A stretch of 22,560 bases of DNA from Halobacteriaceae archaeon. GTDB taxonomy: Archaea; Halobacteriota; Halobacteria; Halobacteriales; Halobacteriaceae. The first letter of the stretch is position 1. Every line of letters begins with the position of its first letter. Made by a program: the position numbers and the translations under genes. Shown here piece after piece: positions 16,954 to 22,560 of the stretch. The stretch spans positions 1 to 22,560 of the forward strand of contig JBDGTS010000004.1 of assembly GCA_042216675.1 (NCBI GenBank), read 5' to 3'. The notes beneath the pieces are model-generated. The model made no database searches. It was not told the origin of the DNA and was given only the letters and a program-made list of their open reading frames with translations.

Positions 16954-18585
16954 ATGGTAGACGCCCCGGAGTCACTGCGGGAGGGCATCGAGGACCTCCG
17001 GTGGCGGCTCGCGCGTGCGGTCGAGAGCCTCCGTGGAACGCGCGTCGACGTGGAACACTACCGGTCCGACGAACACGGCCCCCTCGTCACCTTCAGCGGC
17101 CGCTCGGGCTACGAGGAAGTGGACCGCTACTGGCTCAATGCCCCCTTCGCGTTCGCCTCCATCAACTACGACTCCGACGCCAACGAGCATCTGTACCACG
17201 TCGTCGAACCAGCGCTCGACGAGTTCGAACGTGACCTGCTCTCGGACCTGCGCTCGGATCTCCGCAATTCGCTGGTGTACGGCGCCGAGTACGAGGCCGA
17301 TCAGGCCGAGCAGGCGCTCCTCGACGGCATGGCGGACCTGCTCTCCGAGTACGGCGTCGTCCTCGACACGAACGCATTCTATCGGCTGTTCTACTACCTC
17401 TACCGGGCGTTCGAGGGGTACGAGAAACTCGACCCGCTGACCTACGACCCACACGTCGAGGACATCTCCTGTGACGGCTACGACCTTCCGGTGTTCGTCT
17501 ACCACGACGAGTACAGCGACGTGGAGACGAACATCGCGTTCGGCCAGGACGAACTCGACAGTTTCGTCGTTCGCCTCGCTCAGCAGTCCGGGCGCCACGT
17601 CAGCATCGGCGACCCGGTGGCCGAAATCACCCTCCCCAACGGCTCTCGCGCGGAGCTCGCGTTGGGCGAGGAGGTCACTCCCCGCGGTTCGGCGTTCACC
17701 ATCCGCCAGTACTCCGAGGAGCCGTTCACCCCGGTCGACCTCATCAACTACGGCACGTTCGACCTCGACCAGATGGCGTACCTGTGGCTCGCCATCGAGA
17801 ACAACAAGTCGCTCATCTTCGCGGGCGGCACCGCGTCGGGGAAGACCACCTCGATGAACGCCGTCTCGATGTTCATCACCCCGCGCTCGAAGGTGCTGAC
17901 GATCGAAGACACCCGCGAACTCACGCTGTACCACGACAACTGGCTCGCGTCCATCACCCGCGAGGGCATCGGCGAGGGGTCGGAGGTCAGCATGTACGAC
18001 CTGCTCCGGTCGGCGCTCCGCCACCGCCCGGAGTACATCGTCGTCGGCGAGGTGCGCGGACAGGAGGCCATCACGCTGTTTCAGGCGATGAACACCGGCC
18101 ACACCACCTACTCGACGATGCACGCCGACTCCGTGCAGACGGTCATCAACCGCCTCGAAAACGAACCAATCAACGTCCCGCGGGCGATGGTGCAGTCGCT
18201 CGACATCCTCAGCGTTCAGACGCTCACCCACGTCGGGGACGACCGGGTCCGCCGCACGCGTGTGATAGCTGAAATCGAGGGCATCGACCCGCGGACGGGC
18301 GACCTCGACTACTCGACGGCGTTCACGTGGGACCCGAGCGACGACACGTTCGAACGCGGCGACAGCATCGTCCTCGACGAGATTCAGGAGGACATGGGCT
18401 GGTCCCGGGGGGAGCTCCTGCGGGAGTACCGCAACCGCAAGCGGGTCCTCCGGTACCTCGTCGAACAGGACATCACCGACTACCGGGAGTTCACGGCCGT
18501 CGTCAACGAGTACTACGCCCACCCCGAGCGCGTGATGTCTCGCGTCTCCGAACAGCTCGAGGCCGACGTGGCCCCGGTGGAGTGA
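16954..18585 (+). CDS. pilB: Type IV pilus assembly ATPase (PilB, VirB11/FlaI-like)
   Basis: EDISCDG, FTIRQ, Walker A GGTASGKTT, Asp box IEDTREL, LRHRPEYIVVGEVRG, His box TGH..YSTMHA. Confidence 0.93.
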   Translation: MVDAPESLREGIEDLRWRLARAVESLRGTRVDVEHYRSDEHGPLVTFSGRSGYEEVDRYWLNAPFAFASINYDSDANEHLYHVVEPALDEFERDLLSDLRSDLRNSLVYGAEYEADQAEQALLDGMADLLSEYGVVLDTNAFYRLFYYLYRAFEGYEKLDPLTYDPHVEDISCDGYDLPVFVYHDEYSDVETNIAFGQDELDSFVVRLAQQSGRHVSIGDPVAEITLPNGSRAELALGEEVTPRGSAFTIRQYSEEPFTPVDLINYGTFDLDQMAYLWLAIENNKSLIFAGGTASGKTTSMNAVSMFITPRSKVLTIEDTRELTLYHDNWLASITREGIGEGSEVSMYDLLRSALRHRPEYIVVGEVRGQEAITLFQAMNTGHTTYSTMHADSVQTVINRLENEPINVPRAMVQSLDILSVQTLTHVGDDRVRRTRVIAEIEGIDPRTGDLDYSTAFTWDPSDDTFERGDSIVLDEIQEDMGWSRGELLREYRNRKRVLRYLVEQDITDYREFTAVVNEYYAHPERVMSRVSEQLEADVAPVE

Positions 18586-18588
18586 CCG

Positions 18589-20691
18589 ATGGACCCCGGC
18601 CCCTATCTTCCGCTCGCGCTGGCGCTGTTCATGGCGCTGTTGCTCACGTCGGTGTCTGCGAGCGCCCGCCTCGACCGGATTTTCGGCCGCATCGCCCTCC
18701 GCGTGTTCGGACGATACGTCCGGCGCGAGGCGGGCGCCGCGACGTCGGCCTCCCGGTCTGACCGCAAGGCCGCGCTCCGCGCCGCGCGGCGGCACACCAC
18801 GTACCGGATGTACGCCGCGAAGACCCTGCTCTACGCCACCCTCGGTGCGCTCTCCGGGAGCATCATCGCCGTCTACCTCGTCTACGCCGTCGTCTCGCTG
18901 CTGAACGTCCCCGCGGCCCAACTCCGCCGATCCCTGCCCGCGTCGCTCGGCTTCCTCGCCGACCCGCTCTCCGTCCCCACGCTCTCCGTCGGGGAGGCGT
19001 TTGCGCTCTTCGTGTTCTCTAGTGCCACCATCGGTGTCCTGACGGCCGCCGTCATCTACCAACTCCGGTGGTGGCGGCCGCGCACGCAGGCCAACGCCCG
19101 AGCGCGGCAAATCGACGCGTCCATCGAGCGCACGGTGGCGTTCCTCTACGCCCTCTCGCGGTCCGGCATGTCGTTTCCGGAGGTGATGCGCATCGTCGTG
19201 CGCAATCAGGACGTGTACGGCGAGGCCGCGACGGAGTTCGAAGTGGTCGTCCGCGAAATCGACCTGTTCGGCGCTGACCTCCACGAGGCGCTCCAACAGC
19301 TCTCCGAGCGCACCCCCAGCGACGAGTTCGGCGACTTCTGTGACAACCTCGGGAGCGTCCTCCGGAGCGGCCGGGACCTCGGGGACTTCCTCCGCGACGA
19401 ACACGAGCAGTACCAGGCCGAGGCCGAGGCGCGCCAGCGCCAGTTCCTCGACCTGCTGGGTACCGTCGCGGAGGGGTACGTGACCGTCTTCGTCGCCGGG
19501 CCGCTGTTCCTGCTCACGATTCTGATGGTCGTCGGCCTCATCACGGGCGGCACGAAGCCGCTCATCGCGGTCATCGTCTACTTCGTCATTCCGCTCGCGA
19601 CGGTGGGCATCCTCGTCTACCTCGACAGCCTCTCGGTCACCGGCGGCGTCGAACCGGAGTTCGGCACGTCCGTCGACGCCACCTTCGGCGGCTTCGAGGA
19701 CATCCCGGAAACCGAGACCGAGTCGGCCACCGACGGCGGCGTGCCGGCCGACCGCGACGCCAACGAGGCCCGACTCGACGTGCATCGCCGGACGAAGTGG
19801 GCGACCCAGTTCCTCGCCGACCCGGTGGCACACGTCCTCCGACGCCCGGAGACGCTGTTGGCCGTCACGGTTCCGCTGTCGATACTGTACGTCGTCTGGG
19901 GGCTCTGGCCCACGCTGTCCGCCGGCCAGATTCCGGCCGTCACGGCCGTCGACGACCTGTTGGTCCACGGCGTCCTGTTCGTCGGGACCACGTTCACCGT
20001 CGCCTACGAGGCGCGCCAGCGCCAACTCCGGGCCATCGAGCGCGCGGTGCCGGACTTCCTCGACAGACTCGCCAGCGTCAACGAGGCGGGGATGCCCATC
20101 GCGGAGAGTTTCGGACAGGTGGTGCGAAGCGACGTGGGCGCACTCAACACGGAACTCGCGCGGACGTGGACCGACGTGGAGTGGGGCGCCCGCATCGAGA
20201 CGGCCCTCGCGCGCTTCGACCGGCGGGTCCGCTCGGCCCCGATCACGCGGGCGGTGACGCTGATCACGAACGCGCTCCGGGCCAGCGGCGACGTGGGGCC
20301 GGTCCTCCGCATCGCCGCCGACGAGGCCAACGCCGCCCGCCGCCTCGCCCGCGAGCGCCGACAGGAGATGCTCACCTACTCCGTCGTCATCTACATCTCC
20401 TTTTTCGTCTTCCTCGCCATCGTCGTCTCGCTGAACGTCTACTTCGTCCCCAGCGTCCCCACCGCCGGGGAGTTCGGGGAGCAGGTGGGCGGCCAACTCG
20501 GCAACATCGGCCAACTCACCGAGGCCGAGCGGGCGGAGTACCAACTGCTCTTCTTCCACGCGTCGCTCGTGCAGGCCGTCTGCTCGGGACTGGTGGCCGG
20601 CCAGATGGGCGAGAACAGCATCAGCGCCGGTGCGAAGCACGCGACGGGGATGCTCCTCGTCGGCTACGGCGTCTTCGTGGTGTTGGCCTGA
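18589..20691 (+). CDS. pilC: Type IV pilus membrane platform protein (PilC, two T2SS-F domains)
   Basis: Multiple TM segments, two GspF-like repeats (LYALSRSGMS..; LASVNEAGMP..), 3 nt after pilB. Confidence 0.9.
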   Translation: MDPGPYLPLALALFMALLLTSVSASARLDRIFGRIALRVFGRYVRREAGAATSASRSDRKAALRAARRHTTYRMYAAKTLLYATLGALSGSIIAVYLVYAVVSLLNVPAAQLRRSLPASLGFLADPLSVPTLSVGEAFALFVFSSATIGVLTAAVIYQLRWWRPRTQANARARQIDASIERTVAFLYALSRSGMSFPEVMRIVVRNQDVYGEAATEFEVVVREIDLFGADLHEALQQLSERTPSDEFGDFCDNLGSVLRSGRDLGDFLRDEHEQYQAEAEARQRQFLDLLGTVAEGYVTVFVAGPLFLLTILMVVGLITGGTKPLIAVIVYFVIPLATVGILVYLDSLSVTGGVEPEFGTSVDATFGGFEDIPETETESATDGGVPADRDANEARLDVHRRTKWATQFLADPVAHVLRRPETLLAVTVPLSILYVVWGLWPTLSAGQIPAVTAVDDLLVHGVLFVGTTFTVAYEARQRQLRAIERAVPDFLDRLASVNEAGMPIAESFGQVVRSDVGALNTELARTWTDVEWGARIETALARFDRRVRSAPITRAVTLITNALRASGDVGPVLRIAADEANAARRLARERRQEMLTYSVVIYISFFVFLAIVVSLNVYFVPSVPTAGEFGEQVGGQLGNIGQLTEAERAEYQLLFFHASLVQAVCSGLVAGQMGENSISAGAKHATGMLLVGYGVFVVLA

Positions 20692-21323
20692 TGCCCTCCC
20701 GCCGCGGCGTCCGGGACACCTACGAGCGCATCGCCGCCCACTTCTCGCAGACCCGCGAGTACCCGTGGCCCGAGGTGGAGTCGTTTCTGGCGGACCGGTC
20801 GGGCGCTCTCGGCCTCGACGTAGGGTGTGGCAACGGGCGGCACGCCGAACTGCTGACCGACCACGCCGAGCGCGTCGTCGGCGTCGACGTCAGCCGCGGA
20901 CTCCTCGCGGAGGCGCGCGCCCGCGCCCCCACCGTCTCGCTCCTGCAGGGCGACGCCTCGCGCCTGCCCGTGGCCGATGACTGCGCCGCCCTCGCCGTCT
21001 TCGTGGCGACGCTCCACCACCTGCCGACGGCCGAGGCGCGCCGCGCCAGCCTCGACGAACTCGCGCGGGTGCTTGCGCCCGGTGGCCGCGCTCTCGTCAG
21101 CACGTGGGCCACCGCCCACGACCGATTCGACCGGACCGAGAGCTTCGACACCACCCTCGACTGGACGCTCCCCGGCGGCGAGACGGTCGAACGCTTCTAT
21201 CACATCTCCACGCCCGCGGACTTCCGTGCGCTCCTCGCCGACTCGGCGCTGGCCGTCGAGCGCACCACGGTGTCGAGTGGCAACTGCTACGCCGTCGTCG
21301 GCCCCGGGGTTTCGCCGGGGTAA
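20691..21323 (+). CDS. trm9: Class I SAM methyltransferase, Trm9/ALKBH8-like tRNA wobble-U carboxyl methyltransferase
   Basis: TYERIAAHFSQTREYPWP, LDVGCGNG, ATLHHL, LAPGGRALVSTW, RFYH parallel the Trm9-family signature; TGATG overlap with pilC stop. Confidence 0.75.
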   Translation: MPSRRGVRDTYERIAAHFSQTREYPWPEVESFLADRSGALGLDVGCGNGRHAELLTDHAERVVGVDVSRGLLAEARARAPTVSLLQGDASRLPVADDCAALAVFVATLHHLPTAEARRASLDELARVLAPGGRALVSTWATAHDRFDRTESFDTTLDWTLPGGETVERFYHISTPADFRALLADSALAVERTTVSSGNCYAVVGPGVSPG

Positions 21324-21359
21324 GCCCGGAGTTAAAGGGGGCCACGCCCTAGAGCGGGT

Positions 21360-22370
21360 ATGGACGACACGGACGACTACGACGTGGCCGTCATCGGCGG
21401 CGGCCCCGCCGGACTGTCGGCGGCGCTGTACACGACGCGACTCGGACACCGGACAGCCGTGGTCGACCGCGGCGGCGGCCGCGCGGCGATGATGCTTGAC
21501 ACGCACAACCTCGTGGGCACGCCCGAGTCCGTCTCGGGCAACGAGTTTCTGGCCACGGCCCGCGAGCAACTGGACGAGTACGGCACCGACTTCTACCGCG
21601 ACCTCGTCGAAGACGTGGAGCGAACCGACGACGGCTTCCACCTCGTCGGCGGCGAGGTGGACCTCACCGCGGACCGCGTCGTCATCGCGACGGGGTTCAA
21701 CGACGTGCGCCCGGACCCGCCGCTCCCCCGGACGGGCCGCGGCCTCCACTACTGCCTGCACTGTGACGCCTACATGTTCGTCGACGAACCCGTCTACGTG
21801 ATGGGCCACGGCGACAGCGCCGCCCACGTCGCGATGATAATGCTGAACTTCACCGACGACGTGGACCTGTTGCTCCGCGGGGAGGAGCCGACGTGGAGCG
21901 ACGAGACGGACCGTCTCGTTCGGGGCCACCCCGTCGACGTCATCAGCGAGGAGGTGACGGGGATGACCACCGGCGACGACGGCTGGCTTGAGTCCTTCGA
22001 GTTCGCGGACGGCGCGGTCCGCGAGTACAAGGGCGGCTTCGCGATGTACGGGTCGGACTACACGAACGAACTCGCGGCCGGTCTCGGCTGTGACGTCACC
22101 GACGACGGCACCGTCGAGGTGGACGACCACGGCCGCACGAGCGAGGACGGCGTGTTCGCCGTCGGCGACCTCACGCCCGGCCACAACCAGATTCCGGTCG
22201 CCATCGGCGAGGGCGCGAAGGCCGGTATCGCCATCCACATGGACCTCCGCGAGTTCCCGCGCTCGCTGGAGGAGATCGAGGCCGAGGGGCCCGTCGCCCC
22301 CTCGGAGGCGCCCGGCATCGACGCGCCCCTCCGCGACGCCGCCCGCTCCTTTAGCCCCGGCGACGACTGA
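21360..22370 (+). CDS. Thioredoxin reductase-like FAD-dependent disulfide oxidoreductase
   Basis: IGGGPAG, IATG, CLHCD (CxxC), FAVGD; second dinucleotide motif degenerate (GHGDSA). Confidence 0.87.
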   Translation: MDDTDDYDVAVIGGGPAGLSAALYTTRLGHRTAVVDRGGGRAAMMLDTHNLVGTPESVSGNEFLATAREQLDEYGTDFYRDLVEDVERTDDGFHLVGGEVDLTADRVVIATGFNDVRPDPPLPRTGRGLHYCLHCDAYMFVDEPVYVMGHGDSAAHVAMIMLNFTDDVDLLLRGEEPTWSDETDRLVRGHPVDVISEEVTGMTTGDDGWLESFEFADGAVREYKGGFAMYGSDYTNELAAGLGCDVTDDGTVEVDDHGRTSEDGVFAVGDLTPGHNQIPVAIGEGAKAGIAIHMDLREFPRSLEEIEAEGPVAPSEAPGIDAPLRDAARSFSPGDD

Positions 22371-22419
22371 AAGGGCAAGGCCCTTATTCGACCGGCGGAA
22401 AATTCCGGTGCGAACGCGA

Positions 22420-22490
22420 GCGCCAATGGTCTAACGGCAAGACTCTGGCCTTCCAAGCCAGCGATCCGGGTTCAATTCCCGGTTGGCGCA
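22420..22490 (+). tRNA. tRNA-Gly: tRNA-Gly (anticodon TCC), no intron, CCA not encoded
   Basis: GCGCCAA-TG-GTCT-AACGGCA-AGAC-T-CTGGC-CTTCCAA-GCCAG-CGAT-CCGGG-TTCAATT-CCCGG-TTGGCGC-A cloverleaf. Confidence 0.96.
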
Positions 22491-22560
22491 CTTCCTTCGG
22501 TCATTTGCCAACCGACGTCCCGTTCGCTTCGCTCACGGGACTCCCCGGTTGGCGCACTTC
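22478..22560 (+). repeat. Direct repeat of tRNA-Gly 3' end (at least 17 bp) with an intervening nested hairpin
   Basis: CCCGGTTGGCGCACTTC at 22478-22494 and 22544-22560 (runs to window end); GCCAACCG 22507-22514 pairs with CGGTTGGC; GTCCCGT 22517-22523 pairs with ACGGGAC 22535-22541. Confidence 0.85.

Noticed and set aside
16972-20640. 1222-aa minus-strand ORF
   Set aside because: Antisense shadow of in-frame pilB and pilC.
19797-20690. Long N-terminal extension of the methyltransferase ORF
   Set aside because: Arg/Gly/Pro-rich off-frame reading of pilC; the real start is the TGATG overlap at 20691.
39-22490. Whole window as a tRNA-bounded genomic island or provirus
   Set aside because: The tRNAs differ and point outward, there is no integrase and no att pair flanking the interior, and most genes are housekeeping with uniform composition.
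22478-22560. CRISPR-like repeat-spacer unit
   Set aside because: Only two 17-bp copies, derived from the tRNA end; no cas genes.

Overview
GC-rich haloarchaeal (Halobacteria-type) chromosomal segment, judged from acidic proteins and TATA-like boxes about 25-30 nt upstream of most start codons. It is bracketed by two outward-pointing tRNA genes: tRNA-Arg(CCT) on the minus strand at the left and tRNA-Gly(TCC) on the plus strand at the right. Left to right it holds tatA, a 1-Cys peroxiredoxin, an HD-domain hydrolase, an MFS transporter, an extended-SDR sugar dehydrogenase and a signal-less BtuF-like protein. A sugar-catabolic-looking block follows (LLM oxidoreductase, Zn-dependent dehydrogenase, cytoplasmic GH95 alpha-L-fucosidase, UlaG-like MBL lactonase, divergent aldehyde dehydrogenase). 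After it come an HTH regulator with a type II NADH dehydrogenase, a nucleoside hydrolase-cytidine deaminase fusion, a phosphosugar mutase, a DUF5793-like gene, pilB-pilC, a Trm9-like methyltransferase and a thioredoxin-reductase-like protein. The most notable observations are the in-frame IUNH-CDA fusion, the GH95-centred putative fucose/deoxysugar pathway, and related GAA-triloop hairpin elements built from tRNA 3'-end copies behind both tRNAs. All calls come from motif reading; no database search was run.
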